64,000 nt of DNA. Origin: an uncultured Clostridia bacterium. Lineage in GTDB: Bacteria; Bacillota; Clostridia; Christensenellales; CAG-314. The number at the start of each line of letters is the position of its first letter. Position 1 is the stretch's first letter. Shown one piece after another: positions 48,592-58,561 of this stretch. Both the position numbers and the translations under genes were made by a program. Location: positions 230 to 64,229 of the forward strand of contig CANQGO010000007.1 in the NCBI GenBank assembly GCA_947623225.1, written 5' to 3'. The notes beneath the pieces were generated by a model, which saw nothing but the letters and a program-made list of their open reading frames with translations, was not told where the DNA came from and did not search any database.

Positions 48592-51500
48592 ATGACCGCG
48601 ATAGTCAAAAAAACGATATTGATATCCATGTGCATCGCCCTGAGCATGGCGATGGCTTTCGCATGCCTGTCTGCCGGAGCCGAAGCCGTGACGGACTATT
48701 CGCAGAAAGGATATTCCTTCAGTACCGTATCCGCAGCGGAAGTACTCAGACAACTCCACGCCGACTTCTATGCAGGGGAAGAAGAATACCTGCTCACGCA
48801 TCCCGAACTGGACATAAGGTACAGCGATCACATACTGTCGAGCGCGGTAGGCATATCCTACGAGCCGTCCGACGATACCGTTTCCGTTCGTCCGACAGAG
48901 TATTCGTATACCGCTGCCAACGGCAAGACCATCGTGTGGACGCCGACGCATGTGGACGGTGCGGAGATGACAGACGGTGTGGCACAGGTCACAGCAGGGC
49001 AAAGGGACTACGTGACGGTGGACTATACGGCGCAATTACCCATAGACGCCGATGAGCTTAATGTATTGCTGACTTACTACTACGACGCTGCCAAGCAGCA
49101 ATCCGACAGATTGGCCGCCCACAACAGAGCCGTTGCCGACTATGCCGCTTACGTGGCGGCATTGGAGACGTACAACGAATTGCTTGTACCGCAATACGAG
49201 CAATATCTCCGCGACTATGCCGTATGGAAACGCGCAAACGACAAATATATCGCGTATGAGAATGAATACGCACGGTATCTTGCGGAGCAAGGCGCCTATG
49301 ACCACTACGACCCGATCGAGGCGCAGGCACAGTACGAGGCCGACATGCAACTCTACCAGCAATATCTTGCCGATATGGAACTGTATGAGCAACTATACGC
49401 CCAATATCTCACAAGTATGAACGATCCGGAGGTCCTGAAATACCGCACTCAGCTGTCGATACTTGCATACATATACGCCAAATGTGAAAAATGTTCCCTG
49501 TATGCCACTCTCTCCGGCGATCTGGTGACGCAGATATTCGGCAAAAAGGAAGAGCTGAAGATGGCACTGGTCATGGAGGGACGGGATACGGAGGCAGTCA
49601 ACCGCGCGGACAGAGCGATACGCAACCTGCGCGATTTGCTGAAAAAATATGAACTTTGCAAGACGGATGAGGAAAAATATGCGTTTTATATCACCTGCTA
49701 CGACGATTTGAGCCTCAACTGTGCCAATATGCTACGATGTCTGGACTACTTCTATCGGACGGACTTCATCAAAAACTATATAAAAAATAACAACAAAACC
49801 AGAATTTTCGAGATCACTATAGCCCAACTGTACGAGTTGACCGTCGCCTTAGACGACGAGACGGTCGCCAACTACGAAGAATATTTCAACAAACGTTCTT
49901 CCGACAGAGGGTATTTCGACGAAAACTATACCATAAGCGGCAAGACGCCTGCGGACATATTGGGCGAGTGCGTTATAGAGGACACCGATTCTGCGCGTCC
50001 GTCGGAATACGGAGTACCGTATATCCCCCAAGAGCCTGTCCGACCAGATGAGGTCACCAAGCCATTGCCCCCTTCCCGTCCACAGCAGCCCATCGCGCCC
50101 ATTCCCGTACCCGAGGCGGGACCGGAACCGCAACGCGTACCGGAGCCGCAATTGCCCGAAGAGGTATCGCCTCCGCTTCCGTTGCAGTTGTCTCCGGAAG
50201 AGCAGTCTCTACAGCAGACGTTTGACGCAGGGATGACTCCGCGCGAGCCGCGCACGGACGGATATATGTTGACCGTCCATACGCAGATAAAGAAATATTT
50301 CCGCAACCAACAGACGGTCGAAGTATTTTTCTACGAGTCCCGGGACGCGAAGGAGCCATACTTCATTTCCGATGCGGAACGCGGAAGTTTCGTAGAGCAG
50401 CCGACACACTTGCCCACCGAGCAAAAAACGGGCTACGTATGCGTCTTTGACGGGTGGACGTACTCCGATGGCGAGGCTGTGGACTGGAACGAACCGCGCG
50501 AGGGCACGGAACTGCACGTATACCCTCGATTCCAAGAAATACCCAACGAATATCCCGTCACCTGGATCATAGACGGCACGGCACACACACAATATGCCGC
50601 TTACGACAGCTATCCGCACTACGACGGCACCCCGACCAAGACAGCCGACGCCGACGGAAGGCAGTACCGCTTTGTCGGTTGGGATAGGGATATAGTACCC
50701 ATGACGGACCTTCCCGTCACTTACGAAGCGAGATTTGAACCAAGTTGCCTCATCACCTGGATCACGGAGGACTCTCAGACTGTGACGTCCTGCTGGAAGG
50801 GCGAGGTGCCCGTATATCCATACGGTACCCCCACCAAGCCTCCGTTCGGATACTACGAGTACATATTTGACGGCTGGGACCATACTCCGACAGACGCGCA
50901 GGGCGACAGCGTGTATCGCGCGATATTCACACCGCTTACCGTACTCATGGGAGGCGGACGCCCCGCACTGATCAGGTACGAGACCGACAGATGCATTGCG
51001 GAGTTCACCTCCGGCGAGTCCGACGCCCTGTACATACGTCGATTGCTCGATATAGCGTATACACGCGACTCGGGCGTCTATCTGGTGAACCGCAACGGTC
51101 CGACCGTGTTGGATATAGACAGCGCGGATATATATAGATTGGTACAAAACGGCGTCGCCTACTTACGTTTCGAACGTGAGCAGACGGGCTTCCGCGAATA
51201 TCGCTATGCCCTGCACCTGTATGACGAGCAAAGCAATGAAATACGCTGCGATTGCGACATAGCCGTGACGGTATCCGACGCTATGAATTCCGCCAACTCA
51301 AAGTTATACGCCGCCGATGACACGTCACACCCGTTGCGCCTGAGCGTAGCGGACGGCAAGACAAACTTTTCCGTGCGGGACGGACAAGAATACATAGTAG
51401 TCACCAGATACAATGTCTTTGTGTCCGGTACCTGCGCGGAATATGTTTTTGTAAACGCCGAAAGCGGCCTCATACACAATGACACGGTAAGTATATCCAT

Positions 51501-52020
51501 TGGAGATATTCCCGAAGGCAAATATATCCAACGTCTCGTCGCTATTGACGTGTCCGGTAACGAGATTGCCGTCATCGACAACCGCTTCTCCGTTCCCTCC
51601 GACGACGTGACCGTCTTTGCCGTATTGGCGGACAGATACTATACCGTTCGGTTCAGATCGGACGGAAAAGTCATCAGTACGCGTACTTACAAGTACGGAG
51701 ATATTCCCGAATCCCCCATCACTCCCTTCAAGGCTCCGGACGGAGAATACTCTTACAACTTCATCGGTTGGGACTCGGACATATCCGTCGTATACGCCGA
51801 CGCCGTATACAATGCGGTATTCGAAGCCGTGCCTATGGAGAAGATCGCAACGGACATGTCCAAGCAGCTCAAGTGGGCTATCGCCGGAGTATCTGTGATA
51901 GGCGTTGCGGTGCTATTTCTCGCAGTTGGATTGCCCGTGATCCTTGTCCGCCGACGCAGAAAAGCGTCTCGCGCGAAGGCCGCTGCCGAGTCCAAGTCCG
52001 ACGCGGGAGCCAAAGAGTGA
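48592..52020 (+). CDS. Large cell-surface protein: Tyr-periodic helix, head domain, Pro-rich segment, B-repeat-like domains, C-terminal TM anchor
   Basis: Signal peptide; helix rich in Y/A/E/Q; PxxP tract; four YxFxGW repeats; TM followed by RRRRK. Confidence 0.8.
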   Translation: MTAIVKKTILISMCIALSMAMAFACLSAGAEAVTDYSQKGYSFSTVSAAEVLRQLHADFYAGEEEYLLTHPELDIRYSDHILSSAVGISYEPSDDTVSVRPTEYSYTAANGKTIVWTPTHVDGAEMTDGVAQVTAGQRDYVTVDYTAQLPIDADELNVLLTYYYDAAKQQSDRLAAHNRAVADYAAYVAALETYNELLVPQYEQYLRDYAVWKRANDKYIAYENEYARYLAEQGAYDHYDPIEAQAQYEADMQLYQQYLADMELYEQLYAQYLTSMNDPEVLKYRTQLSILAYIYAKCEKCSLYATLSGDLVTQIFGKKEELKMALVMEGRDTEAVNRADRAIRNLRDLLKKYELCKTDEEKYAFYITCYDDLSLNCANMLRCLDYFYRTDFIKNYIKNNNKTRIFEITIAQLYELTVALDDETVANYEEYFNKRSSDRGYFDENYTISGKTPADILGECVIEDTDSARPSEYGVPYIPQEPVRPDEVTKPLPPSRPQQPIAPIPVPEAGPEPQRVPEPQLPEEVSPPLPLQLSPEEQSLQQTFDAGMTPREPRTDGYMLTVHTQIKKYFRNQQTVEVFFYESRDAKEPYFISDAERGSFVEQPTHLPTEQKTGYVCVFDGWTYSDGEAVDWNEPREGTELHVYPRFQEIPNEYPVTWIIDGTAHTQYAAYDSYPHYDGTPTKTADADGRQYRFVGWDRDIVPMTDLPVTYEARFEPSCLITWITEDSQTVTSCWKGEVPVYPYGTPTKPPFGYYEYIFDGWDHTPTDAQGDSVYRAIFTPLTVLMGGGRPALIRYETDRCIAEFTSGESDALYIRRLLDIAYTRDSGVYLVNRNGPTVLDIDSADIYRLVQNGVAYLRFEREQTGFREYRYALHLYDEQSNEIRCDCDIAVTVSDAMNSANSKLYAADDTSHPLRLSVADGKTNFSVRDGQEYIVVTRYNVFVSGTCAEYVFVNAESGLIHNDTVSISIGDIPEGKYIQRLVAIDVSGNEIAVIDNRFSVPSDDVTVFAVLADRYYTVRFRSDGKVISTRTYKYGDIPESPITPFKAPDGEYSYNFIGWDSDISVVYADAVYNAVFEAVPMEKIATDMSKQLKWAIAGVSVIGVAVLFLAVGLPVILVRRRRKASRAKAAAESKSDAGAKE

Positions 52021-52050
52021 TTACCCGACCGGATATACGTCGAAAACTAT

Positions 52051-52082
52051 AAAAAAACGTTCTTTTTACGGACGTTTTTTTT
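52051..52082 (+). terminator. Intrinsic terminator
   Basis: AAAAAAACGTTC...GGACGTTTTTTT hairpin. Confidence 0.6.
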
Positions 52083-52184
52083 GTTTACCTATTGACAATG
52101 TTTTTTATGAAGAATAAAATATTAGTTAGTATAGGCGTGCGTACGCGCGCGCGTATGACGAAAATTCTGACGAAGGAGACTCTT

Positions 52185-55100
52185 ATGAAAAGAACCTACG
52201 GCAAATTAAAAACGGTGCTGCTTGCGCTGCTGTGCATGGCACTCGTATTCAGTTTGGCTTTTGCCTCCATCGCCGTGGCAGAGCCGCAACAGACAAGCGG
52301 CCCCATCACGGTCACGCATGACACAGACAACAAGACTTTGACTGTCACTCTGGACGCATTGCGTTTGGGCGACATAAGCAAGACTACCCTCTCCGATGCG
52401 GGAGATGAGATAGTCGAAGCGGTCAAGGCTATCATCTTTGACCAATTTATTTCCGATGGATCCCCTGTCGCCGCCGCGATCGATGAGGAAGGCGGAGTCG
52501 ACTCTTCCATGTTGGGCGAGTATCGCGACACATTGACAGACAAGCTCAAAGAACCGGGGCAACTGGACAAATATCTCGAAGGCGGATATGATATCCTTAT
52601 CAAACAGGCTGCTGCAGAGTACAACAAAACTCACGAGATGCCCCCTGATGACATCGTCAAGTTCGTACAGGAAGTTCACGATATCGTCAACGAAGCGATA
52701 AATGATCAATACTCTGGCGACACGAACAAGATAGAAGAACTGCAGGAAAGAAATCGGGCAAAGGTCAACGAGTTGGCAGAAACGATACAGGATATAGTAG
52801 ACGGCAAAGAAGATTCTTTGACTCTTGCAGACTTGCTGAATGCCATCGAAAAATTGACCGTAGGAGACAACACCATACGTGATGACGGTTGGCAAGCGGA
52901 AGGGATCAAAAACCTGATAGGTGACCTGTTCGAGCAGATATCCCGCGCAGACAAGGAACTAACGATCAGTTACGATATAGTCATCACCACCGCTTTCGGC
53001 GAGGCTAATATCACCATCCGGTTAGAGATTGGCAACTATGACGGCTCGGATATACAGACCGTCATCCGCTTCTTCCAGGACAACCTCAGTTTCAGAAAGA
53101 TCGACGGCGTATGGACCCTGAATGTAAATGTGCCCGATAGTGTCAACGTTCTTGCACTGTTCGAGTACCTGCCCGCAAGCGCACAGCGCGACCTGTTCGA
53201 GTTGAGCGACAAGACGGGCGGCGAGATATTCGATTTCATAGACGGCTACACCACCGAGCAGACTCTGGAACTGTTCAAGGGAATAAACTATGACGCAGCC
53301 TTCGGTGCATTGCTCGACAGAGACATAGTAGGTACCGACCTCGTCGTAGATCTCTTCCACGACTTCATTAAGGCGTTTGCTTCCAAGTCCGATTTGGACG
53401 AAGTGGAAAGTTGGCTGCGCGACAAAGGCTTCAACGGACTGCACAAGGATCTCAGGTGCTTCGTAGATGCCGCATTGGATGAGATGCATGCGCTCGGTGC
53501 TGCAGATTGGACGGAAGAAGAGTTCAGAGACTATCTGAGAGACGGATTCCACGCCTCCATCAACAGGATACTGGACGAGGTCCAAAGTCAAAACGGTCTG
53601 GAACCTCTCTGTAACCACGTCAAAAACTTCTTCAAAGAACTGCGCGATTACACATTTGGCTTCATAAAAGAAGGCAAACTCACCAATATCGTCTCCGGCG
53701 GCAACCTGTCTTGGAGCGGTAAAGTGGATATCATCGCCAAGGACTACGACGTAGTGCTTACCAGGATCGCACGCGCTGTTTCCGACTTCTTCGGCATCGC
53801 CGACAGAGCGACCGTAGACAGTTTCGTGACTTGGTTAGATAACAATATAAATTATAAGGACGTTGCTCTCTCGCTCCATGCAAGCATACCTCAGATCAGC
53901 AAAGTAACGTACAGTTACAACGGCAAGACTGTAACCGGTTTGCTTCCCAACGGTGTCAATGTCGCCGACTTCGGACCCGATGCGGGCAAAGACGGCAAGG
54001 ATATCATAGCCTGGCTGTGCAACGACGAAGTGATTGACAAAGTAAACGGCGACGCTACCTACACCGCCGTGACGGAATTCGACGTCGCTATCGGCGTGGA
54101 CGGTATAGAGGGTGCCGACGGCATCTATCAAAAAGATTACGACCGCAAAGACTTCACTCTCTCCGCCGATGTGATCAGCGGCGAAGGTCACCCCGGATAT
54201 ACATATCAATGGTACAGAGCGAGCATAGCCGATCCTACCCACTTCGAACCCATAGAGAACGCGACCGCCTCTTCGTTGAAGGGCAGCAATGTCTCCGACA
54301 GCGGCATATACTACTGCCGCATTACATCCGATCTGTCCGATGACTTTGCTTACAACACCGACGAGGTGAGCATAGATATCGCGCCCAAGTCCTTCACGCT
54401 GGCAGACGCCTGGGACTACACTCAGCCTCTGACATACACAGGCAAGACGTTGTCCATAGACCTGACTGCTGAAGCCAAGGCCGCACTGAACAACGAATTC
54501 GGGCCCAAGTGGCAGCTGGAAAACAATTCCGCAATAGATGAGGGCACTTACACTGCACGCGTCACCCTTACAGACAGCGCGATGGCAGACAACTATGAAT
54601 TGGATATCCATCAGGAATGGGAGATCGTCAAAGTACAGACGGACCCCAACGCCCCGGCAAATCCCGACGGTGAAAAGGGACATGTATTCACTGTACAAGA
54701 CCAAAGCGGAAACGCTCTCGTGATCGACGGCACCACCATTCAGATCAAGGACGTCACGGGTGCCGTGAACAAGAGTTTCACCGTGACCGGTTCCAAGACC
54801 AACTATGGTATTGGTTACTTCAAGGAAGTTCTCACCCAAAACAACAAAAATCTCAACGCCACCATCATCCAACTGCTTGACTTGAAGTTCCTGGACAAGG
54901 ACGGCAAAGAATATGACGCAGAAGGCACCTTCGAAGTGACTTTGATGAATGCGGAATTGTTCGGTTCCGTATCGCAACAAAACCTGATAGTCATACACAT
55001 TCACAAAAATGCACAGACCCTGCTCACCGCCAATGTGGCGAACGGCAGTATCACCTTTACCGTCAATAACTTCTCAAGTTTCGCCATATTGTCCAATGCC

Positions 55101-55958
55101 GTCGCAGAAGAAGGCGTAGACACTTGGTGGATCTGGGTACTGCTTGCGATAGTCATCGTTCTGAATATAGTCATCATACTCCTGTTGCTCCTGCGCAGAA
55201 AAGACGACTCCGAACCAGACGAGCCGCAGGAAGCCTCCGACGATACTGCAGCGACAGAAGAACAGCCGCAGGAAGAGACTCAAGAAGAACAACCTCAGGA
55301 AGAACCGCAAGAACAACAGCCTCAGGAGGAGCCGACTCAGGAAGAGCAACCGCAAGAAGAACAACCTGTACCGGAGCCCACTACTATTACAGAAGACGCG
55401 GCTCCCGTAGAAGATACTGTTCCCGCAGAGCCTGCCGACAACACACCCATCATAGATCCGTTCGTAGCGACACAAGGCACGACGCTTGACAGAAGTTTCA
55501 CCGCGCGCCTGTGCCAGGCAGATGAGTCCTTGAAGGAAGCCTACTCCGCTATCAAGAACGAATTGCTCTCCTACAAGAAGATACGCTCGCGTACAAGTTG
55601 GAAGTTCGACTCCTTCTACAAAGGACGCAATAAGTGCGCTATCGTGCTGATACGCGGCAAGAAACTCAGCCTGTACCTCGCTCTCGACGCGCAAGAACTG
55701 GCTCCCAAGTATCACGCCAAGGACGTTTCGGACAAGGCTCGTTTCAAGAGCGTACCCACCCTGGTCAAAGTAAGCGGCAAGCGTTCGCTACTGTACGCTA
55801 AGCAATTGATCGCTCTGATGATGGAGCGTCTCGGCGCAGAACACGGCACAGCGGAAAACGTCAACTACAAGATACGCACAAGATCCACCGATTCGCTCAT
55901 ACGCGACGGATTCATCAAAGTGAAAGAGTCAAAGGGACGTTTCGCTTCCAAGAAGTAG
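52185..55958 (+). CDS. Large single-pass membrane protein with Ig-like ectodomain, acidic linker and basic cytoplasmic domain
   Basis: RBS AAGGAG; signal peptide; YQWY..DSGIYYC Ig-like domain; TM WWIWVLL..LLLRRK; EEQPQ repeats; RSFTARL..KNELLSY..LYLAL domain. Confidence 0.82.
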   Translation: MKRTYGKLKTVLLALLCMALVFSLAFASIAVAEPQQTSGPITVTHDTDNKTLTVTLDALRLGDISKTTLSDAGDEIVEAVKAIIFDQFISDGSPVAAAIDEEGGVDSSMLGEYRDTLTDKLKEPGQLDKYLEGGYDILIKQAAAEYNKTHEMPPDDIVKFVQEVHDIVNEAINDQYSGDTNKIEELQERNRAKVNELAETIQDIVDGKEDSLTLADLLNAIEKLTVGDNTIRDDGWQAEGIKNLIGDLFEQISRADKELTISYDIVITTAFGEANITIRLEIGNYDGSDIQTVIRFFQDNLSFRKIDGVWTLNVNVPDSVNVLALFEYLPASAQRDLFELSDKTGGEIFDFIDGYTTEQTLELFKGINYDAAFGALLDRDIVGTDLVVDLFHDFIKAFASKSDLDEVESWLRDKGFNGLHKDLRCFVDAALDEMHALGAADWTEEEFRDYLRDGFHASINRILDEVQSQNGLEPLCNHVKNFFKELRDYTFGFIKEGKLTNIVSGGNLSWSGKVDIIAKDYDVVLTRIARAVSDFFGIADRATVDSFVTWLDNNINYKDVALSLHASIPQISKVTYSYNGKTVTGLLPNGVNVADFGPDAGKDGKDIIAWLCNDEVIDKVNGDATYTAVTEFDVAIGVDGIEGADGIYQKDYDRKDFTLSADVISGEGHPGYTYQWYRASIADPTHFEPIENATASSLKGSNVSDSGIYYCRITSDLSDDFAYNTDEVSIDIAPKSFTLADAWDYTQPLTYTGKTLSIDLTAEAKAALNNEFGPKWQLENNSAIDEGTYTARVTLTDSAMADNYELDIHQEWEIVKVQTDPNAPANPDGEKGHVFTVQDQSGNALVIDGTTIQIKDVTGAVNKSFTVTGSKTNYGIGYFKEVLTQNNKNLNATIIQLLDLKFLDKDGKEYDAEGTFEVTLMNAELFGSVSQQNLIVIHIHKNAQTLLTANVANGSITFTVNNFSSFAILSNAVAEEGVDTWWIWVLLAIVIVLNIVIILLLLLRRKDDSEPDEPQEASDDTAATEEQPQEETQEEQPQEEPQEQQPQEEPTQEEQPQEEQPVPEPTTITEDAAPVEDTVPAEPADNTPIIDPFVATQGTTLDRSFTARLCQADESLKEAYSAIKNELLSYKKIRSRTSWKFDSFYKGRNKCAIVLIRGKKLSLYLALDAQELAPKYHAKDVSDKARFKSVPTLVKVSGKRSLLYAKQLIALMMERLGAEHGTAENVNYKIRTRSTDSLIRDGFIKVKESKGRFASKK
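55255..55370 (+). repeat. Coding tandem repeats encoding EEQPQ units
   Basis: Imperfect GAAGAACA(A/G)CC(G/T)CA(A/G) units within the cytoplasmic linker. Confidence 0.75.
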
Positions 55959-56096
55959 ACGATCATTTTCCCACCCGATACAGATCCCGTCAGGTACAAT
56001 ATCCTGACGGGATTTTTATGTGGGCACACGAGCAAAATGTTGTTTACTTTTACCCATATTTGGTGTATACTGATAAACAAGCCGGTCTTTTGATAT

Positions 56097-56475
56097 GGGG
56101 GTGTTTTCAGATTCGCCCGGCGTTGAAGGAGACTTGATAAGCGCGTCGCAGTGCCGCTGCGTCATCAAGGCAAAACTAAAATTAAATGCTAACAACAATA
56201 GCACTTCTCGTCAATCCACAAGATTGGCATTTGCCGCTTAGTTAATACCGGCACGTAGGCTTCGGCTTGTTGCGTAGTCGAACTACCTGCGTAAGAATAC
56301 GCAAATAGATCCCGAGCGGTGACACCGAGACGCTCGGAGTCGAAATCTTTTTCGGTGCGGGTCTCCGTAAGTTGGTTTGCTCTCTTACGGCGACGACATT
56401 GAAAGTAAACTGTGCGCGAAGAAAGTCAGGTAGTCTTACGTTGGTACACGGGTGCAATTCCCGTCACCTCCACCA
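56097..56475 (+). ncRNA. ssrA: tmRNA; tag peptide ANNNSTSRQSTRLAFAA
   Basis: GGGGGTG 5' end pairs with CACCTCC-ACCA 3' end; T-arm ACGGG-TGCAATT-CCCGT; tag ORF 56188-56241 ends in LAFAA-stop. Confidence 0.95.
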
Positions 56476-56482
56476 TGTCACG

Positions 56483-56519
56483 CAAATACGCACCTCTGTT
56501 TTCGGGTGCGTATTTTTTT
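56483..56519. terminator. Terminator after tmRNA
   Basis: AAATACGCACC...GGTGCGTATTTTTTT. Confidence 0.8.
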
Positions 56520-56548
56520 GTTGTCTTTATTTTCCGTAAAACTGCCCC

Positions 56549-56959
56549 TCAACGCAATTCGAGGTCGTATATGTCCTCGAAAGGCACACAAATACCGCTT
56601 TCCAATGTCAAAGTGCGATCGTACGCGTCCAATTTTTTCAATCTGCCAGACGCGACAAGATATTTGCCTCCGCTCTTTTTGCCGTCGGGACAAAAATAAG
56701 TAATTTTGACAGAGGGGAACTCCCCGTTTTGCTCCTCAAGCAGCAGGAGGGTTTCGTTCAACTCTTCCACTCGCGCGTCGTCCAACTCGATACGTTCTTC
56801 CGTGATACGCGCCGCCTCGTCTATTTCGTCGTCAAAGCCTTTCAGCGCGGCAAACGGACTGAACTGAGCGGCACGATCGCCGACGGACATATGCGCCCTG
56901 TTTGCAGAGACATGCCGCGGCAAATCTATTATGTCTTTATAGTTGTCCTTATGTTTCAT
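56549..56959 (-). CDS. YolD-like protein
   Basis: YKDIIDLP.H.S..R..MS..DRAAQFSPFAAL motif; overlaps the polymerase stop codon. Confidence 0.88.
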   Translation of the reverse strand: MKHKDNYKDIIDLPRHVSANRAHMSVGDRAAQFSPFAALKGFDDEIDEAARITEERIELDDARVEELNETLLLLEEQNGEFPSVKITYFCPDGKKSGGKYLVASGRLKKLDAYDRTLTLESGICVPFEDIYDLELR

Positions 56960-58434
56960 TTCCTATGTCCGCCTATTTGTCCGTTGCGCTCCACCGTGGT
57001 CGCGCCCTCTTTCATATCGCTTCCCTTTATAAGGGCGTTCTTGCCATAGCGATCGTGTATGGAGAGCAGGATATTTTGCATATCTGTCTCTTTTGCGGTG
57101 CATATTCCGCTGTGTACCGCCTGATACGTAAATATGTCTGCCTGCTCATACTGCGGCGAAGTTACGCCTATGTCGCTTTGGACATGATTGGCTACGACAT
57201 ACATACGCCTTACCAACATATCCTTGCTCACTATACTGTCATACAGTCGCGAAACGGCGTCCGCTATCTCCGCAGTCGAGTCGGTATACCCTCTCAGATT
57301 GACCGTGCCGTGCGCATGCTTGGGCACTTTACGCCCCCAGTGATCCATATGCGCTTGGGCTGCACTCTCCGACGAGTTCGTGCTTATCGCATTCTCCACG
57401 TCGTACCCCACCGTCAATACGATCTGGTCCGTTTTCAATCCCTTTTCCACAAGATCCAACACCAACACTTCCGCCATCTCACGGACTACCAACTTGCCCT
57501 TTTCGAAGGAATACGGACGACTCAACACCTGCCCGTTACTTACGCTATTGGTCTGCGGCTTGTACGCCTTGACATCCGCGATAGTGACAGGTTCATAGCC
57601 CCATGCATGGTCTATAAGCAACTCGGCATTGACGCCGAACAACTTGTAAAGCAGTGCCTCATCGCACAACGAGCAACGGGCTATATCCCCCATAGTGTGC
57701 AGCCCCGCTCGGTCAAGTTTCTGCGCATAGCCCTCGCCCACTCGCCAGAAGTCGGTGAGCGGCGTGTGTGACCAGAGACTGCGGCGGTAACTCTTCTCGT
57801 TCAGTTCCGCGATGCGCACTCCGTTCTCGTCCGGTTCTACATGCTTGGCGACTATATCCATAGCCACCTTGGCAAGATACATATTGGTGCCTATACCTGC
57901 CGTCGCCGTGATCCCGGTACTATCCAGCACATCCTTGACGATCCGAGCAACGAATTCGTGTGCCGTCAGACGACAAGTACGGAGATATGCCGTTATATCC
58001 ATAAAAACTTCGTCTACAGAGTACACATGTATATCTTCGGGCGATACGTACTTGGTGTATATCTTGTATATACGAGTGCTGTACTCCATATACAGTCCCA
58101 TGCGGGGCGGTGCTACTATACAGTCCAATGCCAACGTCGGGTCGGCAGCAAGTTCATCCGCCTGAGCGGAGTTGCCCTCCAATTTGTGTCCCGGCGCACG
58201 GGCGGCACGCTTGGCATTTATCTTTTCTATAGCCTGCACCACCTCAAACAATCGCGCCCGTCCTGGCAGACCGTACTCCTTGAGCGCAGGCGATACCGCA
58301 AGACATATGGTTTTCTCCGTACGGCTTTCATCTGCCACCACCAGATTGGTATTCAGCGGATCCAGTCCGCGCTCTCGGCACTCCACTGAGGCATAGAAGG
58401 ACTTCAGATCTATAGACACATATTGCTTGTCCAT
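56956..58434 (-). CDS. Y-family translesion DNA polymerase (UmuC/ImpB-like)
   Basis: IDLKSFYASVEC, YSVDE, GIGTNMYLAKVAMD and RNGQIGGH motifs. Confidence 0.93.
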   Translation of the reverse strand: MDKQYVSIDLKSFYASVECRERGLDPLNTNLVVADESRTEKTICLAVSPALKEYGLPGRARLFEVVQAIEKINAKRAARAPGHKLEGNSAQADELAADPTLALDCIVAPPRMGLYMEYSTRIYKIYTKYVSPEDIHVYSVDEVFMDITAYLRTCRLTAHEFVARIVKDVLDSTGITATAGIGTNMYLAKVAMDIVAKHVEPDENGVRIAELNEKSYRRSLWSHTPLTDFWRVGEGYAQKLDRAGLHTMGDIARCSLCDEALLYKLFGVNAELLIDHAWGYEPVTIADVKAYKPQTNSVSNGQVLSRPYSFEKGKLVVREMAEVLVLDLVEKGLKTDQIVLTVGYDVENAISTNSSESAAQAHMDHWGRKVPKHAHGTVNLRGYTDSTAEIADAVSRLYDSIVSKDMLVRRMYVVANHVQSDIGVTSPQYEQADIFTYQAVHSGICTAKETDMQNILLSIHDRYGKNALIKGSDMKEGATTVERNGQIGGHRK

Positions 58435-58455
58435 TTATACCTCCGCGACAAAAAT

Positions 58456-58469
58456 AGAACATAATTTCT
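58456..58469. promoter_or_regulatory. LexA (DinR/Cheo)-type SOS box
   Basis: AGAAC-ATAA-TTTCT, one mismatch to GAAC-N4-GTTC, about 20 bp upstream of the polymerase start. Confidence 0.65.
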
Positions 58470-58561
58470 AAAATAATTGTAATACTTGGAATCGTATTTG
58501 TCAATAGAAGTTTTCCCAAAATACGAAAATAAACACACCGACGGCGAATCGGTGTGCAAAA

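Noticed and set aside
55255-55370. Periodic repeats considered as a CRISPR-like array
   Set aside because: They are in-frame coding repeats without unique spacers; no cas genes or arrays are seen in the window.
56242-56457. Short ORFs overlapping 56016-56457
   Set aside because: They overlap the tmRNA gene.
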